Assembly (NCBI GenBank): GCA_028691955.1
Contig: JAQUYH010000005.1
Coordinates: forward strand, 14,777-78,776
Length of the DNA stretch: 64,000 nt
Direction: 5' to 3'
Source of the DNA: Bacilli bacterium
Lineage (GTDB): Bacteria; Bacillota_I; Bacilli_A; RF39; UBA660
Below are positions 43,352 to 50,229 of this stretch, in pieces. The translations under genes were made by a program, and so were the position numbers. The number at the start of each line of letters is the position of its first letter. The first letter of the stretch is position 1. The notes below the pieces were generated by a model. The model saw only the letters and a program-made list of their open reading frames with translations, searched no databases and had not been told where the DNA came from.

Positions 43352-43352
43352 G

Positions 43353-43381
43353 TTGAAAAAATGAAATATTAGTGTTATAAT
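43353..43381 (+). promoter_or_regulatory. near-consensus promoter with extended -10 for the DGR target gene
   Basis: TTGAAA (43353-43358), a 17-nt spacer ending in TGt, then TATAAT (43376-43381). GGGAGG RBS before the ATG at 43426. Confidence 0.65.
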
Positions 43382-43425
43382 CAAGATAATAAAAATAATA
43401 ATATAGTTTATGGGAGGATATTAAT

Positions 43426-45396
43426 ATGAAAAAAGGTTTTACTTTAATAGAACTTTTAGCAGTAATTGTAATATTAGCTATAATAGCTGTTATTGCAACT
43501 CCAATAATATTAGGAGTAATAGAAGAAACTAGAGCAAAAGCTTTTGATGTAGAATCTTCTAATATAGAAAAAGCGGCTGAATATTACTTAACTAAAGACT
43601 TAAGAGTGGAAGATATTCCAGAATATACAGAGTATTATATTAAAGTAAGTGATTTAGTGGGTTTCTTAGATCCTATAACAGATGATATAAAAGATAATTA
43701 TGTTGTAGTTAAAAAGAGTGGTAATAGTATAAGTTATTATTACACAGGACGTGATGATAATCCTTATACTTATTCTGATAATGAAACATTAAAAGAGATT
43801 ATAGAAAGTAATATTGGTTCGCATATAGCAAACAATGTAGTAGTAAATGGAACTACTGTTAATAAAGTAATAGGTACTAAAGCAGAAAAGAAAACAATTA
43901 AAAACTGGGTATACTATTCGGGACAATTATGGCAAGTATTAGAAACAACTGGTGATTATGTTAAACTAATAACAGCTAATTCTATAACTTCTATAGCTTA
44001 TGGCTCTAATTCAACCTGGAGTACATCATGGGTAAGAAAATGGTTAAATGAAATAGATAGTGAATCAGATGAAGATGGGATATACTATAATAATTTATCA
44101 AGAAGTGATTTATTATTAGATGGCAATTTCTGTTTAGATGAACCAACAGATATAACAGAGGAATCTTTTACTATAGGAACAGAAACAAGAAACAAAGTAA
44201 CATCATTTACGAAAATAAGTACATGCTCAAGTATATCAACCGATAAGATAGGATTAATGACATTTGAAGACTATGTATATGCATTAGATGGAACAGATGG
44301 TATAACAGGAGCTTTAGGAGGATCATTTATTGATGAAGATGAACTAGAGTGGACCATGACTAAATATACAGTAGGTGGAGTAACCAACAAGACATGGCAC
44401 ACTTATTACCTAAGTCCATCACATATAGAACATGGTTGGAATGGAACAACTGATTATGGAAAAGGCGTACGTCCTGTAATTTATTTATCAAGTGATTTAA
44501 TAGTAGAAAATAATAGTGATTCTGATTATGGACAAATAACTAATCCATATAGATTAGTAGGAGAACAAACAGCTGAAGAAAGTGATTTACTAAATACTGT
44601 GACAATAGGAAGTTATGTATATATAAGTGAAGAAAACAACCCAAACACAACAACAACAGAAACAGTAACAGACAATATTAGTTATACATATGATAAGACT
44701 AAAGTAAGATATAGAGTAATATCAATAAATGATAATGGAAGCATAAAACTACAAAGAGCCGATGTGTTAAGAAACTTGTCTTCAACAATAGCCATAAACT
44801 CAAATACATATATACCGTTTTATTACTATAACAATGGAGAAAACTCAACAAGTTGTGCTTACTTAAATAGTACATGGTATACCGGAGGATGTACAAATCA
44901 TAATTACTTTCAACCAACCCAAGGAAGCGGTGCTTATGCTTATACTGAAAGTGAAAATATAGGATACTTCTTAAATAATACAACTAATGGATATTATACA
45001 TGGCTCTCTGATGATGTAAAAGCAAACTTAGTAAATTATAATTGGAACTTAAATGTAAGCTCCAATGGTTATGATTATACAAGAAGTTTATTTAATACTG
45101 ATACTAGTGGAATATATCCATCTAGAATAAGTGATGGGATAGTTTCATCTTATGTAGGACTACCTTCATGGGGAGACATGTTTGCAGCAAATGATATAAA
45201 TACAAGTTATTGGCTTATAAACAGATGGTCAGGCTCATCTTCCAACGTCTCGTATGTGCACTCCGACGGTAATTCCAGCAGCATCTGCGCGTCTTATATC
45301 TGGTTTGGTGCGCGCCCAGTTATCAGTCTTACATCTAACACTCGTATAACAAGCGGAGAAGGTACAACTGATAGTCCATATATATTAAATTTTTGA
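43426..45396 (+). CDS. DGR target protein: prepilin-leader (type IV pilin-like) protein with two tandem lectin-like modules, C-terminal variable region
   Basis: The N-terminus MKKG/FTLIELLAVIVILAIIAVIATP is a prepilin cleavage/N-methylation motif with Glu at +5. The modules end in GKGVRPVIYLSS (about 44464) and FGARPVISLTS (VR). Confidence 0.88.
   Translation: MKKGFTLIELLAVIVILAIIAVIATPIILGVIEETRAKAFDVESSNIEKAAEYYLTKDLRVEDIPEYTEYYIKVSDLVGFLDPITDDIKDNYVVVKKSGNSISYYYTGRDDNPYTYSDNETLKEIIESNIGSHIANNVVVNGTTVNKVIGTKAEKKTIKNWVYYSGQLWQVLETTGDYVKLITANSITSIAYGSNSTWSTSWVRKWLNEIDSESDEDGIYYNNLSRSDLLLDGNFCLDEPTDITEESFTIGTETRNKVTSFTKISTCSSISTDKIGLMTFEDYVYALDGTDGITGALGGSFIDEDELEWTMTKYTVGGVTNKTWHTYYLSPSHIEHGWNGTTDYGKGVRPVIYLSSDLIVENNSDSDYGQITNPYRLVGEQTAEESDLLNTVTIGSYVYISEENNPNTTTTETVTDNISYTYDKTKVRYRVISINDNGSIKLQRADVLRNLSSTIAINSNTYIPFYYYNNGENSTSCAYLNSTWYTGGCTNHNYFQPTQGSGAYAYTESENIGYFLNNTTNGYYTWLSDDVKANLVNYNWNLNVSSNGYDYTRSLFNTDTSGIYPSRISDGIVSSYVGLPSWGDMFAANDINTSYWLINRWSGSSSNVSYVHSDGNSSSICASYIWFGARPVISLTSNTRITSGEGTTDSPYILNF
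45233..45319 (+). repeat. DGR variable repeat (VR)
   Basis: 75/87 identity to 47531-47617. All 12 differences lie opposite TR adenines. It encodes SSSNVSYVHSDGNSSSICASYIWFGARP. Confidence 0.95.
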
Positions 45397-45418
45397 ATAA
45401 TAACATATTGATATAATG

Positions 45419-45456
45419 CAAACCCAAAGGGTTTGTAACGGGCCAGACTTGGTCCG
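45419..45456 (+). other. two adjacent GC-rich hairpins just 3' of the target ORF
   Basis: CAAACCC-aaa-GGGTTTG (45419-45435) and CGGGCCA-gact-TGGTCCG (45439-45456; 7 bp including one G-T pair, 4-nt loop). They are conspicuously GC-rich for this genome. Confidence 0.6.
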
Positions 45457-45476
45457 CAAGTGGCAAAACAATGATT

Positions 45477-45526
45477 AAAGAAGTATTTTAATATTATGAT
45501 ATAAATAATATAAAATACTTCTTTTT
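45477..45526 (+). terminator. long-stem intrinsic terminator between target gene and accessory operon
   Basis: AAAGAAGTATTTTA (45477-45490) pairs with TAAAATACTTCTTT (45511-45524) across a 20-nt loop, and the stem runs into a T tract. Confidence 0.6.
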
Positions 45527-45544
45527 GCAAGAAAGGAAATAAAA

Positions 45545-45973
45545 TTGAAATCTATAGATATATACTTTGAAATCAAAAAAAAATATGCCGATTACATAAT
45601 CATGTACAAAATGGGAAACTTTTACAACGTCTTTGGAGATGACAGTCATATTATAGGAGCTCTTTTGGGATATAAAATAAATAGTAACAATAATGTTTTA
45701 AAAGTAGGATTTCCACTAATATCTCAAGAAAAAGTTTTAAAAGTATTAAACAAAGAAAAAATCAATTACATAATTTTGGAAAAAGAAGATGGAATAATTA
45801 ATATCAAAATAAAAAAAAGATATATCACAAACTCATATAACTATTTTAGTAGAGATACACAGTCATTTTGTGAAATTAAAAATAGAATAGAAAAAATAAA
45901 CAGTAAATTAAATTCCAAAATTAATGAAAAAAATATTGATAATATATTAAAACAAATTGAGAACATAATATGA
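45545..45973 (+). CDS. small MutS-domain-I-like protein (DGR accessory ORF)
   Basis: YFEIKKKYADYIIMYKMGNFYNVFGDDSHIIGALLGYKI...KVGFPLISQEKVLKVLNKEKINYIILEK parallels the MutS mismatch-binding domain (Y.EIK..Y.D.IL.FR.GDFYE.F..DA......L.I.LT....AGVP.H....Y...L...G..VAI.EQ). It has a TTG start with an AAAGGAAA RBS, and its stop overlaps the avd start (ATGA). Confidence 0.65.
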   Translation: MKSIDIYFEIKKKYADYIIMYKMGNFYNVFGDDSHIIGALLGYKINSNNNVLKVGFPLISQEKVLKVLNKEKINYIILEKEDGIINIKIKKRYITNSYNYFSRDTQSFCEIKNRIEKINSKLNSKINEKNIDNILKQIENII

Positions 45974-46314
45974 AAGATAATCTAATAATAATAACTAGAA
46001 TCAAAAAAACAATACTAAAACTAGAAAAAATAATTGAAAATTTCAGTAGAACAGAGAATGTTTTAAAAGATAATATCAAAATAACAATGTATGAATTTTT
46101 AAAAAACGCTTATAAAGCAAATATTTCTAAAGATAGTACTAGATTAAATTATCAAAAAGAAATGATTGTAAATATTAAGATGTTAGATTTTTACATAAAC
46201 TGCTCGTACAACAAAAAAATGATAAGTCCTAAACAATACAATTTAATGGGGCAAAACTTTTTAGAAATTTTTTCAATGATTCAAGCATGGGTAAAAAGTG
46301 AAAAGACAAAATAA
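45970..46314 (+). CDS. avd: Avd-like four-helix-bundle accessory variability determinant
   Basis: 114 aa, basic and predicted all-helical, ending ..SPKQYNLMGQNFLEIFSMIQAWVKSEK like the Avd/S23-IVS family. It sits immediately 5' of the RT and overlaps it by 17 nt. Confidence 0.75.
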   Translation: MKDNLIIITRIKKTILKLEKIIENFSRTENVLKDNIKITMYEFLKNAYKANISKDSTRLNYQKEMIVNIKMLDFYINCSYNKKMISPKQYNLMGQNFLEIFSMIQAWVKSEKTK

Positions 46315-47515
46315 TTTATATGAAAAGATCGTTGATACAAGAAAAATATTAGATATTTACAATCGCCAAATAAAAAAATCTACTAAAAATAAAGAGAAAA
46401 TAGAACGATTTGAACAGTATTTAATGATAAATATTGCTAAAATAGAAACAATGTTAAAAAATAAAAATGTTTCATTTAATAAGTACAAAATATTTTTAAT
46501 AAGAGATCCTAAGTATAGAGTAATAATGAGTCAAAGTGTAGGAGATAAAATTATCAATCACTTAGTAGCAAAATATTTCCTTTTAGATATTTTTGAAAAA
46601 ATTTTAATAGATGAAAATGTTGCCACAAGAAAGGGAAAGGGCACAACTTATGGAATAAACCTTATAAAAAAATATATAAATGATTTAAAGAAGCAAAAAA
46701 AGCCAATATACTATTTAAAGTGCGATGTTAGCAAATATTTTTACAACATTGATCACAATACATTAAAAAAAATAATAAGCAAGAAAATTAAAGATAAAAG
46801 CGCAATAGAATTAATAAATAAAATAATAGATACTTTTTCAAGTAAATATGTAAATAAAGAAGTAAATGATGTATGTAATAAAGAAATAGAGTATGTAAAT
46901 AGTCTAAATATTATGGCAATAGAAAAACAGCAAAAAATCAAAGATTTAGAAAAAATTAAGGCTACTATAAAAGATAAAAAAGGCATACCAATTGGGGATA
47001 TGACAAGTCAAGCATTTGCTATAATATATTTAAATGAATTAGATCATTACATAAAAGAAAATTTGAAAATTAAATACTATGTACGTTATATGGATGATTT
47101 AATAATATTAAATAATAATAAAGAAAAATTAAAAGAAGATTTAAATAAAGTTAAAGAAAAAATAGAAGATGAGTATTTATTAGAATTAAATAATAAAACA
47201 CAAATAGGCATGTTAAAAAACGGCTTAGACTGTTTAGGATTTAGATTTATATTATCTAAAGACAAAATATACTTAAAAGTTCGTACTAAAACTAAGAAAA
47301 GGTTTAAAAAGAAAGTAAGAAAACTTTCTAATTTAATAATAAAAGGTAAAATATCAGAAAAGTCATATTATCAATTGTTAGCAAGTTATAAAGGTCATCT
47401 TATTAATGGAAATACATATAAATTATATTCTAGTGTAGCAAATAAAGGTAATGATAAAGTCAATTTAGGTGAAAACGTTTATATTGATAAATTTGGAGAA
47501 ATAATTAAGGGATAA
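46298..47515 (+). CDS. DGR-type reverse transcriptase
   Basis: RT motifs PKYRVIMSQSVGDKIINHLV (1/2), YYLKCDVSKYFYNIDH (A), GIPIGDMTSQAFAIIYLNELD (B, containing the DGR-typical IGxxxSQ), YVRYMDDLIIL (C, YMDD) and LDCLGFRF. GTG start. Confidence 0.92.
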   Translation: MKRQNNLYEKIVDTRKILDIYNRQIKKSTKNKEKIERFEQYLMINIAKIETMLKNKNVSFNKYKIFLIRDPKYRVIMSQSVGDKIINHLVAKYFLLDIFEKILIDENVATRKGKGTTYGINLIKKYINDLKKQKKPIYYLKCDVSKYFYNIDHNTLKKIISKKIKDKSAIELINKIIDTFSSKYVNKEVNDVCNKEIEYVNSLNIMAIEKQQKIKDLEKIKATIKDKKGIPIGDMTSQAFAIIYLNELDHYIKENLKIKYYVRYMDDLIILNNNKEKLKEDLNKVKEKIEDEYLLELNNKTQIGMLKNGLDCLGFRFILSKDKIYLKVRTKTKKRFKKKVRKLSNLIIKGKISEKSYYQLLASYKGHLINGNTYKLYSSVANKGNDKVNLGENVYIDKFGEIIKG

Positions 47516-47530
47516 AACTATATAATTTTT

Positions 47531-47617
47531 GCTCATCTTCCAACGTCTCGAATGTGAACAACAACGGTAATTCCAACAGCAACTACGCGTCTAATAACTG
47601 GAATGGTGCGCGCCCAG
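47531..47617 (+). repeat. DGR template repeat (TR)
   Basis: Starts 16 nt after the RT stop. In the VR frame it reads SSSNVSNVNNNGNSNSNYASNNWNGARP, with 11 AAY Asn codons. It holds 26 adenines, 12 of which are substituted in VR. Confidence 0.95.
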
Positions 47618-47843
47618 CTTTGATAAAAACTAACATTTTTAGGATCATGGTTCTAATTTATAAAAGCTTATCAAAACAAGTTTTAATCCCTCTCAAATCG
47701 AGAAAAATAAAGTATGTGAAAAATAATGCTAGTAAATTTATGAAAGTTTTATTTTTGAAAAGCAGATACATTAAGAAAGTTTTACTTCAAGTAAATCTTT
47801 TTTTATTTGTCCAAAAAGTATATAATATAAAAAGGAGGCAAAT

Positions 47844-48593
47844 ATGATAGATACACATTGTCATTTAACGCTAAAAGACTACCCAGATATTAATGAAGTA
47901 ATAAATAAAATGGGAAATAATAAGATAATAGTTAATGGAACAAATGACGAAGAAAATAAAAGAGTAATAGAGTTAATAAATAAATATCCTAATGTATATG
48001 GAGCTATAGGGATTCATCCCGAGGAAATTGATAAAATTACCACTAATTCATTTAAATATATAGAAGAAAATATAAATAATTCTAAAATAGTAGCCATTGG
48101 AGAAATTGGACTAGACTACTACTATGAGACAGACAAAGAAAAGCAAAAAGAAATATTTATAAAACAAATAGAATTAGCAAATAGATACAATAAAACAGTG
48201 GTAATACATAGTAGAGACGCTATAAAAGACACTATAGATATTTTAAATAAGCATAAAAACAAAAATATAAAACTAGATATACATTGTTATGCAGGAAGTG
48301 TCGAGAGTGCTAAAGAATTGATTAAACTAAACTCAATGTTTGGTATAGGTGGTATAGTAACCTTTAAAAACAGCAAAAACATTAAACAAATAGTAGAAGA
48401 AATAGATTTAAAATATCTTTTACTAGAAACAGACAGTCCCTATTTATCACCAGAGCCATATAGAGGTAAAAGAAACGAGCCTTACAACATACTATATGTC
48501 GCACAAAAAATAGCTGAAATAAAAAGCCTTCCTTTGGAAGAAGTTTTAAAGGTAACTACAGAGAATGCCATAAGACAATTTGACCTTGATTAG
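47844..48593 (+). CDS. tatD: TatD-family metal-dependent DNase/hydrolase (YabD)
   Basis: MIDTHCHL, GEIGLDY, VIHSRDA and LLETDSPYL motifs. Confidence 0.92.
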   Translation: MIDTHCHLTLKDYPDINEVINKMGNNKIIVNGTNDEENKRVIELINKYPNVYGAIGIHPEEIDKITTNSFKYIEENINNSKIVAIGEIGLDYYYETDKEKQKEIFIKQIELANRYNKTVVIHSRDAIKDTIDILNKHKNKNIKLDIHCYAGSVESAKELIKLNSMFGIGGIVTFKNSKNIKQIVEEIDLKYLLLETDSPYLSPEPYRGKRNEPYNILYVAQKIAEIKSLPLEEVLKVTTENAIRQFDLD

Positions 48594-48633
48594 CAAATAT
48601 GCTAAAATATTTCATGATTGAGGTGAATAAAAC

Positions 48634-49323
48634 ATGAATATAAGTTTACTAAATATAATTAGTAAATGGGCACAAATATCATTTATTTCATTAATGACTA
48701 TGTTTAATGTTGAAGTAAGCCATGACATAGTTGTTTTAAATAACGATATTGATAGCAAAAATGCATACCAAGTCACTGATGTTATAAATTATGAAACAGA
48801 ATATGTGTATAATGCATCAATTCCTTCTGGAGAACAAAATATACTAACAGAGGGTAAAACAGGTATAAGTTATACTGAAAATGGAGAAATAAAAGTAGTA
48901 GAAGAACCAATAAACGAAGTTATAGAAATAGGTACAGGGAAAACTGGAGTATATGTTGGAACAATAACCGGATATGGTCCAGACTGTGTAGGATGTAGTA
49001 CAGAAGGTCTTGTTTCTTGCAAAACAAAATATAATGAGACATTTAGTTTAACACATGATGGAATATATTACGAAGATGAAGAATATGGTCCAGTTAGAAT
49101 ATTGGCAGCTGACAGAAGAGAATTTCCTTGCGGGACTATAATCGAAATAACCAATTCTAATTTAAACAAAGAATTAGGCATTGTAATGGATACAGGAATT
49201 GCTATGAGAAATGCTTATGATCAAGGATATATACTAGTCGATTTAGCTTTTGAAAAAGGAGCTTTAGCTCTTACTTCAACAGATAGAAACACAACATTTA
49301 TAGTAAAAAGATGGGGCTGGTAA
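48634..49323 (+). CDS. G5 + 3D domain cell-wall protein (YabE-like)
   Basis: N-terminal TM, a G5-like block (ETEYVYNASIPSGEQNILTEGKTGISYT...VIEIGTG), then a 3D/MltA-like C-terminus (GTIIEITN...GIVMDTG). It lies between tatD and rsmA, as yabE does. Confidence 0.7.
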   Translation: MNISLLNIISKWAQISFISLMTMFNVEVSHDIVVLNNDIDSKNAYQVTDVINYETEYVYNASIPSGEQNILTEGKTGISYTENGEIKVVEEPINEVIEIGTGKTGVYVGTITGYGPDCVGCSTEGLVSCKTKYNETFSLTHDGIYYEDEEYGPVRILAADRREFPCGTIIEITNSNLNKELGIVMDTGIAMRNAYDQGYILVDLAFEKGALALTSTDRNTTFIVKRWGW

Positions 49324-49344
49324 GCCCTTTTTATTGGAGGAAAT

Positions 49345-50172
49345 ATGGAATATTCACCAAAAAAGATGAATGAGGTTCTTGAAAACAATAAGTTTTCTTT
49401 TAAAAAGAAATTTGGACAAAACTTTATAATAGATGAAAATATAATTAATAACATTGTAAATAAAAGCTTAATAGACAAAGAAACACTAATTATAGAAATA
49501 GGGCCTGGCGCGGGGTCTTTAACTACTAAATTAGCTGAAAAAAGCCAAAACGTCATAGCTTACGAAATAGATGAATCTTTAAAAAAAATTTTAAATAATA
49601 ACCTAAAAGAATACAGCAATGTTGAAGTTATATATGAAGATTTTTTAAAAAGAAATGTAAAAGAAGATTTAAAAAATTATCAATATAAAAAATTATATGT
49701 AGTAGCTAACCTACCTTACTACATAACTACTCCCATTATAACTAAATTAATAGAAGAAGAGATAAATGTTGATAAAATAATTATAATGGTTCAAAAAGAA
49801 GTTGGAGATAGATTTAAAGCAAAACCTAATAGTAGAGAATATAGCTCCCTTTCCATATTTTTAAACTATTATTTTGATATAAAAAAAATATTAGATGTAA
49901 GTAGAAATGTCTTTATTCCAAGACCAAACGTTGATAGTATCGTTTTAGAGTTTACAAAGAAAGAAAATAAAATTCCTTTAAAAGATCAAGATTTGTTTTT
50001 TAAAATAGTTAGAGATAGTTTTAAGCAAAAAAGAAAGAATATTAGAAATAATTTAAAGACATATGATTTAAACAAAATAGAAGAAACATTAAAAAAGAAT
50101 AATCTTGATTTAAATGTAAGAGCAGAACAATTAAGCATAGAAATATTTGCGGATATAGCTAACAATTACTAG
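49345..50172 (+). CDS. rsmA: 16S rRNA (adenine1518/1519-N6)-dimethyltransferase
   Basis: KKKFGQNFIIDENI, IEIGPGAGSLT and NLPYYITTPII motifs. Confidence 0.95.
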   Translation: MEYSPKKMNEVLENNKFSFKKKFGQNFIIDENIINNIVNKSLIDKETLIIEIGPGAGSLTTKLAEKSQNVIAYEIDESLKKILNNNLKEYSNVEVIYEDFLKRNVKEDLKNYQYKKLYVVANLPYYITTPIITKLIEEEINVDKIIIMVQKEVGDRFKAKPNSREYSSLSIFLNYYFDIKKILDVSRNVFIPRPNVDSIVLEFTKKENKIPLKDQDLFFKIVRDSFKQKRKNIRNNLKTYDLNKIEETLKKNNLDLNVRAEQLSIEIFADIANNY

Positions 50173-50229
50173 CAAATTGACAAATAAAAAAAACAATGAT
50201 AATATATACCCCGTCAAAGGGGTAGTAAA

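Larger units (their letters stand above)
43353..47680 (+). mobile_element. diversity-generating retroelement cassette: target(VR) - MutS-like ORF - avd - RT - TR
   Basis: TR/VR pair with exclusively adenine-specific differences, plus a DGR-type RT and an Avd-like ORF (see the component features). It is flanked by eno and tatD, with no integrase or phage genes. Confidence 0.93.

Noticed and set aside
46298-47515. Alternative identities for the reverse transcriptase (retron, group II intron maturase, Abi-type RT)
   Set aside because: A TR/VR pair with adenine-only substitutions, an Avd-like partner and the IGxxxSQ motif all point to a DGR. I see no msr/msd-like inverted repeats and no intron domain V/VI structures. 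There is no maturase X/En domain.
43316-47843. The DGR island as part of a prophage or integrative element
   Set aside because: No integrase, recombinase, capsid or tail genes were found, and I saw no att-like direct repeats at the borders. The flanks are eno (with its own terminator) and tatD. I treat it as a chromosomal cellular DGR, although 64 kb cannot exclude distant phage genes.
47554-47847. 97-aa ORF (MNNNGNSNSNYASNNWNGARPALIKTN...) downstream of the RT
   Set aside because: Its N-terminus is simply the template repeat read in the VR frame (Asn-rich AAY codons). It has a GTG start and no RBS. The remainder is basic low-complexity read-through of an AT-rich spacer that contains the tatD RBS. 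I treat it as non-coding DGR RNA.
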